From an uncultured Verrucomicrobiae bacterium (GTDB lineage: Bacteria > Verrucomicrobiota > Verrucomicrobiia > Chthoniobacterales > JAATET01), in the NCBI GenBank assembly GCA_963719495.1, contig CAVRCI010000011.1, positions 96,001-160,000 of the forward strand: a DNA stretch of 64,000 nt, read 5' to 3'. The position numbers and the translations under genes are program-made. Of the stretch, positions 9,488 through 19,521 are shown in pieces; position 1 is the stretch's first letter, and each line of letters starts with the position of its first letter. The notes below the pieces were generated by a model that had not been told where the DNA came from, did no database searches, and saw nothing but the letters and a program-made list of their open reading frames with translations.

Positions 9488-10255
9488 CTAGTCGGTTGCG
9501 CGTCTCGCGCCGGGGTAGCCGTGGTCGACGTAGCGGTGCTCGATTTCGGACGAGAGCTCGGCGGCGAAGTTGTCGGATTGGACGAGGATCTTGCGGATCG
9601 AGGCGACGAGGAAGTTGTAGCCGAACATGGCGGGGATGGCGACGAGGAGGCCGACGACGGTTGTGATGAGAGCGCCGGAAACGCCCGGGGCCATGGCGGC
9701 GAGGTTGGCATTCCCGGCGGCGGCGATGCCGGAGAAGGCGTCCATGACGCCCCAGACGGTGCCGAGGAGACCGAGGAAGGGGGCTCCGGAGACGGCCATG
9801 GAGAGGACGTTCATCTGGGCTTCGAGGTCGAGGGCGGATTCACCGACGGCGCGCTCCATGGCGGCGGTGACGGTGCGCATCTGGGCGGGGGTGATTTTGT
9901 CGGAGGCTTCGAGGCGGGCGCGGAAGGTTTCGTCGACTTCGGTGGAGCCGAGCATTTGAAAACAGAGTTCGTCGCAGCCGGCTTCGTAGATGTGGAAGAG
10001 GGCGGTGCCGTCGAAGCGGACGCCGCTTTCGTAGACGCGGAGGGGCTGGCGGTCGCGGTGGAAGAGGTCGGAGAAGCGGGCGGACTGGCGGTTCGCGAAG
10101 GCGAGGACCCGGAATTTGGTCACCATGACGGACCAACTGAAAATGGACGCGATGAAGAGCGCGAAGAGGATCGCTTTGCCTTCCCACGTGGAATTCGTGA
10201 AGGCGTAGAAGAGGCCGGTGCCTTCTTGGGCGACGAGTAGGGACCAGGCCAGCAT
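9488..10255 (-). CDS. exbB: MotA/TolQ/ExbB proton channel
   Basis: APFLGLLGTVWGVM and APGVSGALITTVVGLLVAIPA motifs. Confidence 0.92.
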   Translation of the reverse strand: MLAWSLLVAQEGTGLFYAFTNSTWEGKAILFALFIASIFSWSVMVTKFRVLAFANRQSARFSDLFHRDRQPLRVYESGVRFDGTALFHIYEAGCDELCFQMLGSTEVDETFRARLEASDKITPAQMRTVTAAMERAVGESALDLEAQMNVLSMAVSGAPFLGLLGTVWGVMDAFSGIAAAGNANLAAMAPGVSGALITTVVGLLVAIPAMFGYNFLVASIRKILVQSDNFAAELSSEIEHRYVDHGYPGARRATD

Positions 10256-10501
10256 GGGTGCGGGAATGAAACGCGGGGGGAGGGGGCGGGGGCAATGTTA
10301 AAGAGTGGGGCGGAGGCTTTGAACAGAAGATCGCGAAGGACGCAAAGGGGGCGAAGAAGTGGATGCAATTTGCTCCCGCTGGCGCGGATTGCCGTTCGTT
10401 TTGAACAGAAGGAGACGAAGGTAGCGAAGGGGTGATGGTGACGGGTGCGGGCGATTGATTTTGCAGTTGGAGGGGGCGGGGCTTAATGGTGCGTATCTTA
10501 T

Positions 10502-11308
10502 ATGAGGTTTGCGGTTCTTTTTGTTTTCGTTGGTTTGGTGTCTGGTTTGCGGGCGGAGGCTCCGACGGAGAATCGGTATGACATTGTGGCGAAGGTGTTT
10601 CAGCCGTTTTGGTCGGTGTTGCTGGCGGGCGGCGAAGGGCAGGACCGGGCGATGGCGATGAAGATCGTGATGAGTGAGGTGACGGGGCGGCTGCCGAAGG
10701 AGTTCGAGGGCGCGACGCTGGACGCGGCGGCGCAGTTTCCCGACAAGGTCAAATTGACGGCTCCGGTGCTGGGCGAACGGATGACGGTGTGCCGGAATGG
10801 GGACGAGGTGTGGGCGGTGCCGGGGGCGAAGATCGAATATCTGCTCAAACAATTTGCCGGAAAGCTGCCGAAGCCGACGGAGAAGAAGTCGACGCCGTTG
10901 TTCCTGCCAATCACGGCGCAGCAGGCGATTTTTCTGCCGGCGCTGTTCGTGATGGAGGACGGGGTTGTGATCGAGGATTTGAATGGCGAGCCGACCCGCG
11001 TGCTGTCGGGGGGGCTGATGCCGGAATTGGCGAAAGCGGCGAAGGCGGAGGACTTCCGCGCGTCGATGTGGATCGCGGAAGGCTACGTGCCGCGTCAGAT
11101 CGAGGTCGTCCAGAAGACGTTCACGGCGACGGTGCGGATCGAGGATTTGCAGTTTGCGCCGGGGTTTCAGTCGGTGGTGTGGAACCCGCCAGCGGGGGAG
11201 ACGGACGTCTACCGAACGACGCCGGAGGTGCTGGAGCAATTGCTTTTCGTGCTGATGAACTCGCTCGACAGCAAGGACGGCGAGGAGCCGTGGTTGAAGC
11301 TTGAATGA
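10502..11308 (+). CDS. Secreted hypothetical protein
   Basis: Signal peptide MRFAVLFVFVGLVSGLRA; typical codon usage. Confidence 0.7.
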   Translation: MRFAVLFVFVGLVSGLRAEAPTENRYDIVAKVFQPFWSVLLAGGEGQDRAMAMKIVMSEVTGRLPKEFEGATLDAAAQFPDKVKLTAPVLGERMTVCRNGDEVWAVPGAKIEYLLKQFAGKLPKPTEKKSTPLFLPITAQQAIFLPALFVMEDGVVIEDLNGEPTRVLSGGLMPELAKAAKAEDFRASMWIAEGYVPRQIEVVQKTFTATVRIEDLQFAPGFQSVVWNPPAGETDVYRTTPEVLEQLLFVLMNSLDSKDGEEPWLKLE

Positions 11309-11433
11309 GGTGAGTCGGAAGGTCTGAAGGTCGGAAAGTCGGGTTTGAATCGCTGGGGCGATTGTTTTTGGGACTTTCGACTTTCTGACCTTCCGACTTT
11401 CCGACCCATCGAAGATGCGCAATACTAATTTTT

Positions 11434-12486
11434 ATGGAAACTCTCGAGCTTCTTGGGGTCGCGCTGGGGCTGGCTACTTTGGCTGGTCTGAACCTTTACC
11501 TGACTGTCTTCGTGACGGGGTTGGCGGTGCGGATGGATTGGATTCAGCTGGCTGACAAATATCAGCAGCTCGACATTCTCGCGGATCCGACGGTGCTGTG
11601 GGTCTCTGGAACTTTGCTTTTTCTCGAATTTTTTGCGGACAAGGTGCCGTGGGTGGATTCGCTTTGGGATTCGGTGCATACGATCATTCGTCCGGTCGGT
11701 GGGGCCATGGTGGCGATCACGGTATTGGGTGAGGTGAATCCGGCTTACGACGTGATCGTGGGGTTGCTGGGCGGCGGGATGGCGCTCACTTCGCACGCGG
11801 CGAAGGCGGGGACGCGGTTGCTGGTGAACGCTTCGCCGGAGCCGTTCACGAACATTGGATTGAGTCTGGGGGAGGACGCCTTGGTGCTGGGTGGATTGGG
11901 GTTGGTGGCGTTTCAGCCGGTGGTGGCTCTGGGGTTGGCGGTCGTGGCGTTTGGGTTGGCGATTTGGTTGATTCCGAAGGTGATTCGGCGGGCGCGGGTG
12001 ACGCTTTGGTTCGCGTGGAAGTGGGTGGGACATTTGTTCGGGGCTTGTGACGTGAAGAGCGTGGACGCGCGGGCTCTGCCGATCGATCTGGCCGCGGAGA
12101 TGCGGCGGGTCGCCGGGGAGGATTGGACGGTGGCTTTGGCTATGCCTTGCGTGGCGGGAAAGGGGACGGAGTTGCCGAAGCACGCTTTCGGGTGGGCTCT
12201 GTTGGGGGATGCGGGGACGGTTTATTTCGCGCGGTCGGGGCGTCCGCGGCCGGTGGTCGTGCCGGTGGAGTTGGCGGATTGTGATGTGGATCTGCGGCGC
12301 GGATGGGTTTCGGATCGGGTGAGGGTGAAGCGGGTCGGCGGGGGCGTGGCGCAGGAGTTGCGGTTCGATCGGTCGCGGCGGGGGGCGGCGGAGGAATTGG
12401 TGGAGCGGTTGCGGCGGTCGGGGGCTGGTGACGGTGAGGGTGGCTCGGCTGGTGGGGTTGCGGTGCCGGAGCTGGCTGGGGTGTGA
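11434..12486 (+). CDS. DUF4126-domain membrane protein
   Basis: AGLNLYL, EFFADKVPWVDSLWD, SHAAKAGTR, SPEPFTNIGLSLGED motifs. Confidence 0.88.
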   Translation: METLELLGVALGLATLAGLNLYLTVFVTGLAVRMDWIQLADKYQQLDILADPTVLWVSGTLLFLEFFADKVPWVDSLWDSVHTIIRPVGGAMVAITVLGEVNPAYDVIVGLLGGGMALTSHAAKAGTRLLVNASPEPFTNIGLSLGEDALVLGGLGLVAFQPVVALGLAVVAFGLAIWLIPKVIRRARVTLWFAWKWVGHLFGACDVKSVDARALPIDLAAEMRRVAGEDWTVALAMPCVAGKGTELPKHAFGWALLGDAGTVYFARSGRPRPVVVPVELADCDVDLRRGWVSDRVRVKRVGGGVAQELRFDRSRRGAAEELVERLRRSGAGDGEGGSAGGVAVPELAGV

Positions 12487-12498
12487 GTGGGGGAGTGC

Positions 12499-12659
12499 GG
12501 CTTCGCCGTTGGGTTGGTTCGGCAGCCGTAGCGGAGCGGAGACCGGCGAAGCCAATTGCAAATCGCCGCTCCTTGGAGTTCGGCTCTCTCGCTTTGCTCG
12601 ATTTGCCTTTTGCAGCGGCGGGACGCCGTTGCTCGCACGCGGGACGCGTGCGCTCCCCA
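12499..12659 (+). repeat. Modular REP-like element (family B), copy 2
   Basis: Same ordered modules as 2629-2762 and 51457-51595. Confidence 0.85.
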
Positions 12660-12673
12660 GCTTCTTGAATTAG

Positions 12674-15178
12674 GTGGTTGTTGATTTTCCCTGGGCGTTT
12701 TTGGGGCTCTTTGGCGTTTTGGGGCTTTGGGCGCTAGGAGGGCGGCGGGTTGGGGTGGCGCTTTTGGTGCGGGGGGTGGTCTTTTCGCTTTTGGTGCTTT
12801 CGCTCGCTGGGATTGGGTTGGAGCGGGTGGAGTCGGAGGTGGGGGTGATGGTGGTGCGGGATGAGTCGCCGAGCGTTTCGGAGGCGGGCCGGGTGGCGGC
12901 GGAGGATTTGCTGGAAGAACTGCGGGTGACGTTCGGGGAGCGGGTGCGGGAGGTTGGGTTTTCCGATGGGTCGGTGGGGGATGCGTTGTTGCGGGCGGCG
13001 GCGGGGCGGTGGGATGACCGGCCGACCCGGCTTGTGTTGGTGACGGATGGGGTGGGGCTTTCGGCGGCGGATGAGGTGGTGGCTGGGCGGCTGGCGGCGG
13101 TGGGGGTGCCGACGGACGTGGTGGTGCTGGACCGGGAGCGGGGGGCGGAGGTGGCGGTCGCTGCGGTTGAGGGGCCTCGGACGGTGCGGCCGGGGGAGGC
13201 TTTCGACGTGGGGGTGGTGCTTCGGGCGAACCGGGCGGGGGAGGTGGGGTTGCGGTTGTATCAGGACGGGGTGTTGGCGGGGGAGCGGACGGAGGCGCTG
13301 GTGGTGGGCGAGAATCGGGTGACGTTCGCGAACGTGCCGGGGGTGGAGGGGGACTCGGAGTTGCGGGTGGAGGTGGTGGCGGCGGCGGATGGATTCGCGG
13401 AGAACAACGTGGCGGTGGCGCGGGTGGCGGCGGCGCGGAGTGCGCGGGTGTTGGTGTTGGATCCGCAGCCGGACCGGATGGAGTGGCTGGCGGGGACTTT
13501 GCGAGCGGCGAAGTTCGACGTGGAGGTGCGACCGACGGGGGCGGCGCCGGAGCGGGTGGCGGATTTGAATCGCTTCGATCTGGTGGTGCTGAGCGACAGC
13601 GGGGCGGGGGAACTGGGGGATGGGCGGATGCGGGCGCTCGAATCGTGGGTGTCGGATCTGGGGGGTGGTCTCATTCTTTCGGGGGGTGAAAATGGGTTTG
13701 CGGCGGGTGGGTATTACGACACGCCGCTGGCGGAGCTTTCGCCGGTCGAGATTGCGTTCGAGGATGGGGCGGAGCTGCCGGTGTCGGCTCTGATGATTGC
13801 GCTGGATCGATCGGGGTCGATGGCGGCAACGGTGAACGGGGGCGGCGGGGGTGGGCAGACGAAAATGGCGCTGGCGAACGAGGGGGTGGTGCGGGCGATG
13901 GACGCGCTGCAGGCGAAGGATCTTTTCGGCGTGGTGGCAGTGGATACGGAGGTGCGGCCGGTGGTGCCGCTGGGGCGGCTGGTGGACCGAAAATCGGCGG
14001 GCGACCGAATTTTGGCGATTCAAGCGGGGGGCGGGGGAATTTACGTGACGACGGCGTTGGTGGCGCTTTACCGGGCGCTGCTGGAGGCGGATGCGCGGAT
14101 CAAACACGTGATCCTGTTTTCCGACGCGGCGGACGCCGAGGAGAAGGAGATCGGGGGGAATTCTGGGGGGATGTCGGCACTGGACGTGGCGAGGGCGATG
14201 CTGGCGCAGCGGATCACGGTGTCGGTGGTGGCGCTGGGTGGGGACGCGGACCGGGACACGGAATTTCTGCGGGCGTTGGCGGAGCGGGGCGGTGGGCGGT
14301 TTTACCTCACGTCCGACGCGCTGACGCTGCCCCGGATCTTTGCGGAGGAGACGCTGCGGGCGACGCGGACGAATTTGGTGGAGGATGCGTTGCGGCCGGT
14401 GGTGGTGGGGGCGGGGGACGAGATCGGGGGGATCGACTTTGCGGCGGCTCCGTTTTTGTTGGGCTACAACGCGACGAGTGCGAAGGAGGGGGCGAGGACG
14501 TTGTTGGCCACGGAGCGGGGGGAGCCGTTGCTGGCGACGGCGCGGTTGGGCCTGGGGACGGTCGCGGCGTTCACGAGTGACTTGAAGGGGCGGTGGACGG
14601 GGGATTGGCTGGGGTGGCCGGGATTTGGCAAATTGGTGGTGCAGCTGACGCGGGCGGTGGCGCGGGGGGCGGAGTCGGGCGGCGTGGCGGCGCGGGTCGA
14701 AATAGCGGATGGCGGTGCGAGGGTGGTGGTGGTGGACGCGAACGACGCGGGAGGACGGTTCGTGGACGGCGCGGTCGTGGAGGTCACGCGGCTGGTGGAC
14801 GGGCGGACGATGCGGGCGGAGCAGGTGGAACCGGGGCGGTATGCGGCGGAGTTCGCGGGGGGCGGGGAGGCATTTTCCGTGCGGGTGGGCGACGGGACTC
14901 CGGTGGCGGTGATGCGGGATCCGGCTCTCACGCGAGGCCGCGAGGGCGCGAAGTTGGAAGGTGGTGGCGGGGAGTTTGCCGTGCTGGCGGACGTCGAGCC
15001 GGGGGTGGCGCGGTTGGCGATGGCGGGGGGTGGGATCGTCGATCCTGGGGTGAAGGCCGTGATGCGGCCAACGGGGGTGATCGTGGCAAAGACGACGGAT
15101 CTTTCAATCTGGTTTTTGATGGCGGCGCTGGTGATGCTGCCCTTTGACGTGTGGGTGCGGCGGCGGGGGGTTGCCTGA
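12674..15178 (+). CDS. vWA-domain membrane protein with GATase1-like domain
   Basis: MIDAS-like DESPSV and DRSGSM, ILFSD; GGGLILSGGENGFAAGGY GATase-like segment; N- and C-terminal TMs; start uncertain. Confidence 0.85.
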   Translation: MVVDFPWAFLGLFGVLGLWALGGRRVGVALLVRGVVFSLLVLSLAGIGLERVESEVGVMVVRDESPSVSEAGRVAAEDLLEELRVTFGERVREVGFSDGSVGDALLRAAAGRWDDRPTRLVLVTDGVGLSAADEVVAGRLAAVGVPTDVVVLDRERGAEVAVAAVEGPRTVRPGEAFDVGVVLRANRAGEVGLRLYQDGVLAGERTEALVVGENRVTFANVPGVEGDSELRVEVVAAADGFAENNVAVARVAAARSARVLVLDPQPDRMEWLAGTLRAAKFDVEVRPTGAAPERVADLNRFDLVVLSDSGAGELGDGRMRALESWVSDLGGGLILSGGENGFAAGGYYDTPLAELSPVEIAFEDGAELPVSALMIALDRSGSMAATVNGGGGGGQTKMALANEGVVRAMDALQAKDLFGVVAVDTEVRPVVPLGRLVDRKSAGDRILAIQAGGGGIYVTTALVALYRALLEADARIKHVILFSDAADAEEKEIGGNSGGMSALDVARAMLAQRITVSVVALGGDADRDTEFLRALAERGGGRFYLTSDALTLPRIFAEETLRATRTNLVEDALRPVVVGAGDEIGGIDFAAAPFLLGYNATSAKEGARTLLATERGEPLLATARLGLGTVAAFTSDLKGRWTGDWLGWPGFGKLVVQLTRAVARGAESGGVAARVEIADGGARVVVVDANDAGGRFVDGAVVEVTRLVDGRTMRAEQVEPGRYAAEFAGGGEAFSVRVGDGTPVAVMRDPALTRGREGAKLEGGGGEFAVLADVEPGVARLAMAGGGIVDPGVKAVMRPTGVIVAKTTDLSIWFLMAALVMLPFDVWVRRRGVA

Positions 15179-15305
15179 GGAAGGGTGCCTGCTCTTTATT
15201 ATTTTCGTTTTGCGCGGTCGGGCGCGGGTCGAACTGCTTCCTGAACGCTGTAGCTGGGTTCGGGAGTTGTGTCCGAGCGAAGCTCGGTCCAGAGTCGAAG
15301 GTGTA

Positions 15306-16406
15306 GTGAGCAAAGGAAAGAAAGCAGCTCAAACCGCGGCGGAACCTTCCACGCAGCGCGTGAATTTGAGCGACATCGCGCAGCGCGTCGGGGTATCCGT
15401 TGGGGCGGTCTCGAGCGTTCTCAATAACCGGCAAGTCGAGCGGCGAATCCCGGACGCAACGGCTGAGGCGATCCGGCAGGCGGCGGCAAGCATGGGATAC
15501 TTGCCGAACATCAACGCGCGGCGCTTGCGCAGCGGGGAGACGGTGAAAAATACCGTCATCCTGGCGTTGATCTCGAGTTTCGAGGCTCCGATCCCGTTGG
15601 TAAATCACTTCGTGGCGGCCCTTCACGGCGAAGCCGAAAAAGTGGTGGCGACCTCGGGCCGGAATACCTACTCGCTGATGATCGAGATGTTCTCGGCCGG
15701 TCGTTTGAGTGAACTGCCTGGGCTGCTGACGGGGCACGGATTCAACGCGGCGATCATCATGAACACGATTGCCGAGGACGACGAATTCCTGGCGGGAGTC
15801 CGGCTGCCCTACCCGGTCGTGCTGATCAACCGGGTCGTCGCGTCGCTGCCCTGCGTGGTGGAGGACGATGGGTCGGGCGGACGGGTCGCCGATTTGTTCA
15901 AACGGAAAAACCGGGTGCGCCCGGCGGTTCTGCACGGGGAGCCGATGACGCAGACGACGCGGCAACGTGTGAAGCGGTTTGCCGAAAGGTCCCGACATCA
16001 CAACGGCGAGGACCCGGCGGAGATCGTGGCGTCTTCGCTCTCGGAGGAGGGAGGCTACGCGGCAATGCGGACTTTCCTGAAGCGCGGCGGGCGGTGTGAC
16101 TCGCTCTACTCCGTGTCCGATGCGCTCGCGTTGGGTGCCTATCGCTCAATCAAGGAAGCGGGTCTGCGCATCCCGCGGGACGTCGCGGTAATCGGGGTCG
16201 GCGATTACGATCTGGCTCCGTTCTTCGATCCGCCTCTGTCGTGCGTGGGGGTGTCGCATCCACGGTTGGCGACCGAGGCGAGCGCGCTTCTTTTTCAACA
16301 ATTGCGGGGCTCTCCGACCGATGCCCGGGTGACTGTGCCGGTGGACGAAAGTCTGCGGGATTCGCTGGGTGACAAGGTGCCCAAAACGGCTGGCCGGTCT
16401 GTTTAG
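15306..16406 (+). CDS. LacI-family transcriptional regulator
   Basis: HTH LSDIAQRVGVSVGAVSSVLN, hinge GYLPNINARRL, C-terminal GLRIPRDVAVIG...PPLS. Confidence 0.93.
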   Translation: MSKGKKAAQTAAEPSTQRVNLSDIAQRVGVSVGAVSSVLNNRQVERRIPDATAEAIRQAAASMGYLPNINARRLRSGETVKNTVILALISSFEAPIPLVNHFVAALHGEAEKVVATSGRNTYSLMIEMFSAGRLSELPGLLTGHGFNAAIIMNTIAEDDEFLAGVRLPYPVVLINRVVASLPCVVEDDGSGGRVADLFKRKNRVRPAVLHGEPMTQTTRQRVKRFAERSRHHNGEDPAEIVASSLSEEGGYAAMRTFLKRGGRCDSLYSVSDALALGAYRSIKEAGLRIPRDVAVIGVGDYDLAPFFDPPLSCVGVSHPRLATEASALLFQQLRGSPTDARVTVPVDESLRDSLGDKVPKTAGRSV

Positions 16407-16423
16407 CAATTTTTCGTCAATCT

Positions 16424-16439
16424 GCTAAAACCTTTTTGC
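16424..16439. promoter_or_regulatory. Candidate LacI operator 1
   Basis: GCTAAAA-CC-TTTTTGC upstream of the catabolic operon; motif recurs at four other promoters. Confidence 0.7.
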
Positions 16440-16476
16440 TTGCGATCGTCACTGCGTTGGGTTTGGGTGCTGGGAG

Positions 16477-18525
16477 ATGAAATTGACGTTGTTCCCCCCG
16501 GTTCTTGGAGTGTTGGCATTGGTGCTCGGAGGTGCGGGCGGGGCGCTGGCCGACGGAATGCCGGAGCGGTTCGCGCCGATCACGCACGGCGTCGAGGGGT
16601 TGACCGCGGACGTGGGCGTCGGGTTGTGGGGTTGGCCGATGACCGTGGATCGCAACGGCGACGGACACTTGGATCTCACGCTAGTCGCGGGGGCCATGCC
16701 GAAGGGAACGTTCTACTACGAGAACACGGGGCGGGCGGACGAGAAGACGGGCGGGCCGCTTTTCGCGGCGCCGACGCGGATCGGTGACGGGGGGAACGAT
16801 CTGACGCTTTCAGTAACGTCGACCGGGCCGCGGGTGCTCGGTCCGGGCGTCGAGTATCCGGATTTTTTGGAGGAGGGTTTGGGCGAGGGGAAGAATCTTT
16901 CGGTCGACGAGGAGTCCGTCCACTTGTCGAGTGGGCGGACCCGCGGCAAGCAATGGAGCTACGTGGACTACGATGGCGACGGCGTGCTCGATTTGATCGT
17001 GGGGGTTGGGGATTGGACGGATTACGGCTGGGACAACGCTTACGATGCGAATGGCCGCTGGGTGAACGGACCACTGCACGGCTTCGTTTACGTGCTGAAG
17101 AATCGCGGGACGGACGACGCGCCGGATTACGCGGAGCCGGTGCGACTTCAGGCGGACGGTCGGGACATCGACGTTTACGGGATGCCTTCGCCGGTGTTCG
17201 CGGATTTTCGGGGGACGGGGAAGTTGGATCTCATTTGCGGAGAGTTTGTGGATGGATTGACGTTCTTCGAGAACATCGGGACGCGCGAGGAGCCGAAGTA
17301 TGCGCCGGGTCAGCGGCTGCGCTTCGACGGCAAGCCGATCACGATGCCGCTAGAGATGATCGTGGTGACGAGCGCGGATTGGAATGGCGACGGTCGACCC
17401 GACCTCGTGGTCTCGCAGGAGGACAGCCGGACGGCGTGGCTCGAGAATACGGGGGAGTTGGTCGACGTGACGGATAACAAAGGGGAAGTCGTGGCCCGGA
17501 TCCCGGAGTTTCGGCGTCCGGAATTTTTCCGGCAGATCGCGGACGACGTGCGGTTCGGCGTGCTGACCTCGCCCGTGTCGGTCGACTGGAACGGCGATGG
17601 CCGGGACGACATTCTGACCGGTAACGCCGCGGGCGAGATCGCGTTCATCGAGAACCTTGGCGGGTCGCCGCCAACCTGGGCGGAACCGGAATTGCTCGAG
17701 GCCGACGGCGAGCCGATCCGGATCATGGCCGGACAGAACGGATCGATTCAGGGTCCGGCGGAGTCAAAGTGGGGCTACACGAACATTGGCGTCGGCGATT
17801 GGGATGGCGATGGGTTGGCCGACGTCGTGGCGGGGTCCATTCTGGGCACGGTCGTCTGGTATCGAAACGTGGGGACGGCGAGCGCCCCCGAGCTGGCGGG
17901 GGCCGAGCCACTGCGGGTAGCTTGGGAAGGCGCGCCGCCAAAGCCGGAGTGGAATTGGTGGGATCCGGAGGCGAACGAACTCGTGGTCGAGTGGCGCTGC
18001 ACGCCGGTGGTGATCGATTTGGACGGGGATGGGATCAATGATTTAGTGAGCGTCGATCACGAGGGGTATCTCGCATGGTATCGGCAGGTGGAAAGGGACG
18101 GCGGGCGGGTGTTGTTGCCGGGCCAGCGGGTTTTTCAGATGCAGGGACCTTCGACCTTCGACGCAAAGCACAAAGCGACGGGTGACGAGGATGGGTTGCT
18201 GCGGCTGAGCGACGGCTACGCTGGGAGATCGGGACGCCGGACCTACGCGTTTGTCGACTGGGACGGCGACGGTCGGCTGGATCTGCTGGTGAATAGCCGC
18301 AACGTGAATTTTCTGCGCAACGTGTCGGACGTCGAGGGTGAGTGGATCTTCGAAGACCGGGGGCCAGTCGACGGGCGGCGCCTGGCGGGCCACAGCACGA
18401 CGCCCGCGGTCGTGGATTGGGACGGTGATTCCATCCCGGACCTGCTCGCGGGTGCGGAGGACGGACGATTTTATTACCTGAAAAACCCGCGGTCGGTGCC
18501 CGCGAACGGCGACTCGAGCGAATGA
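16477..18525 (+). CDS. Secreted FG-GAP/VCBS-repeat beta-propeller protein
   Basis: Signal peptide; many D-W/Y-D/N-G-D-G-x-x-D-L repeats. Confidence 0.9.
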   Translation: MKLTLFPPVLGVLALVLGGAGGALADGMPERFAPITHGVEGLTADVGVGLWGWPMTVDRNGDGHLDLTLVAGAMPKGTFYYENTGRADEKTGGPLFAAPTRIGDGGNDLTLSVTSTGPRVLGPGVEYPDFLEEGLGEGKNLSVDEESVHLSSGRTRGKQWSYVDYDGDGVLDLIVGVGDWTDYGWDNAYDANGRWVNGPLHGFVYVLKNRGTDDAPDYAEPVRLQADGRDIDVYGMPSPVFADFRGTGKLDLICGEFVDGLTFFENIGTREEPKYAPGQRLRFDGKPITMPLEMIVVTSADWNGDGRPDLVVSQEDSRTAWLENTGELVDVTDNKGEVVARIPEFRRPEFFRQIADDVRFGVLTSPVSVDWNGDGRDDILTGNAAGEIAFIENLGGSPPTWAEPELLEADGEPIRIMAGQNGSIQGPAESKWGYTNIGVGDWDGDGLADVVAGSILGTVVWYRNVGTASAPELAGAEPLRVAWEGAPPKPEWNWWDPEANELVVEWRCTPVVIDLDGDGINDLVSVDHEGYLAWYRQVERDGGRVLLPGQRVFQMQGPSTFDAKHKATGDEDGLLRLSDGYAGRSGRRTYAFVDWDGDGRLDLLVNSRNVNFLRNVSDVEGEWIFEDRGPVDGRRLAGHSTTPAVVDWDGDSIPDLLAGAEDGRFYYLKNPRSVPANGDSSE

Positions 18526-19493
18526 TGACAACGATTCAAACCCTCGAAGCCGATCAGCCCGCATCGGCGACGCTGCCGATCTCGCCGGAGGCTCCGCGCT
18601 CGGGCATCCTGGCGGCTCTCTGGATCCCGACTGACGAGGCGGGAGAGCCCCGAACGGATCTGCTCGCACGGCACGTGGCGTGGCTGGAACGCAAGGGCGT
18701 GCACGGCATCCTGGCCCTGGGAAGCACGGGGGAATTCGCCCGGATGGAACTCGGAGCGCGCGCCAACCTGCTGCGCGAGATCATGGCGTTGCGGAGCGAG
18801 TTGCCGGTGATCGTGAACGTGAGTTCGATCCGGCTGGACGACGTGATTTCGCTCGGGCGGACGGCGCGGGGGCTGGGAGCGGCGGGGGTCGCGCTGATGC
18901 CGCCGCCATTTTTTCCGCTCGATCAGGAGGACATCCTGGAATTTTTCCTGCGGGCGTCCGAGGCGTTCGACCTGCCCGTCTACCTCTACAATTACCCGGA
19001 AGTGACGGGTAATCGGATCGGTCCGGACGTCGTGCGGGACTTCGCCACGCGGGCGCGGATGGTGGGAATCAAGCAGAGCGGCGGCGAACTCGATTATCAC
19101 GATGAATTGATCGCCTTGGGCCGCGAGCACGACTTCTCGGTCTTCACGGCCGCCGATCCACGGCTCGGAGAATTTCTCGAGAAAGGAGCCGCGGGGTGCC
19201 TCGGGGGACTGGCGAATTTCCTGCCGGAATACATGGTCACCGTCTTCGACGCCTGCCGCCGGGGCCGGGGCGACGAGGTCGCGGAGATCTCTCGGCGTCT
19301 GTTGAAGGTCGGTGAGATCCTGGCGCCGCTGAATCTGCCCTATAATGCGCGGGCTGGAATCGAGGCGCGAGGATTCGATCCGGGGGCGGTGAAAACGGTC
19401 GTTTCGGCGCGGACGATGGAGGCGTGCGGGCTGGCGCGGGATCGATTGGTGGAGAAATTCGTCGAATGGGGTCTCGAGATCGAAACCAAGTAA
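18522..19493 (+). CDS. DHDPS/N-acetylneuraminate-lyase family class I aldolase
   Basis: GSTGEF, YLYNYP, Schiff-base Lys in VGIKQSGG. Confidence 0.9.
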   Translation: MMTTIQTLEADQPASATLPISPEAPRSGILAALWIPTDEAGEPRTDLLARHVAWLERKGVHGILALGSTGEFARMELGARANLLREIMALRSELPVIVNVSSIRLDDVISLGRTARGLGAAGVALMPPPFFPLDQEDILEFFLRASEAFDLPVYLYNYPEVTGNRIGPDVVRDFATRARMVGIKQSGGELDYHDELIALGREHDFSVFTAADPRLGEFLEKGAAGCLGGLANFLPEYMVTVFDACRRGRGDEVAEISRRLLKVGEILAPLNLPYNARAGIEARGFDPGAVKTVVSARTMEACGLARDRLVEKFVEWGLEIETK

Positions 19494-19521
19494 GTTCGAG
19501 TCAAACGCTCCGTTCCCCCGA

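Noticed and set aside
18522..19493. Calling dapA or nanA
   Set aside because: Family is clear but substrate is not; context argues against lysine biosynthesis, and companion nan genes are missing
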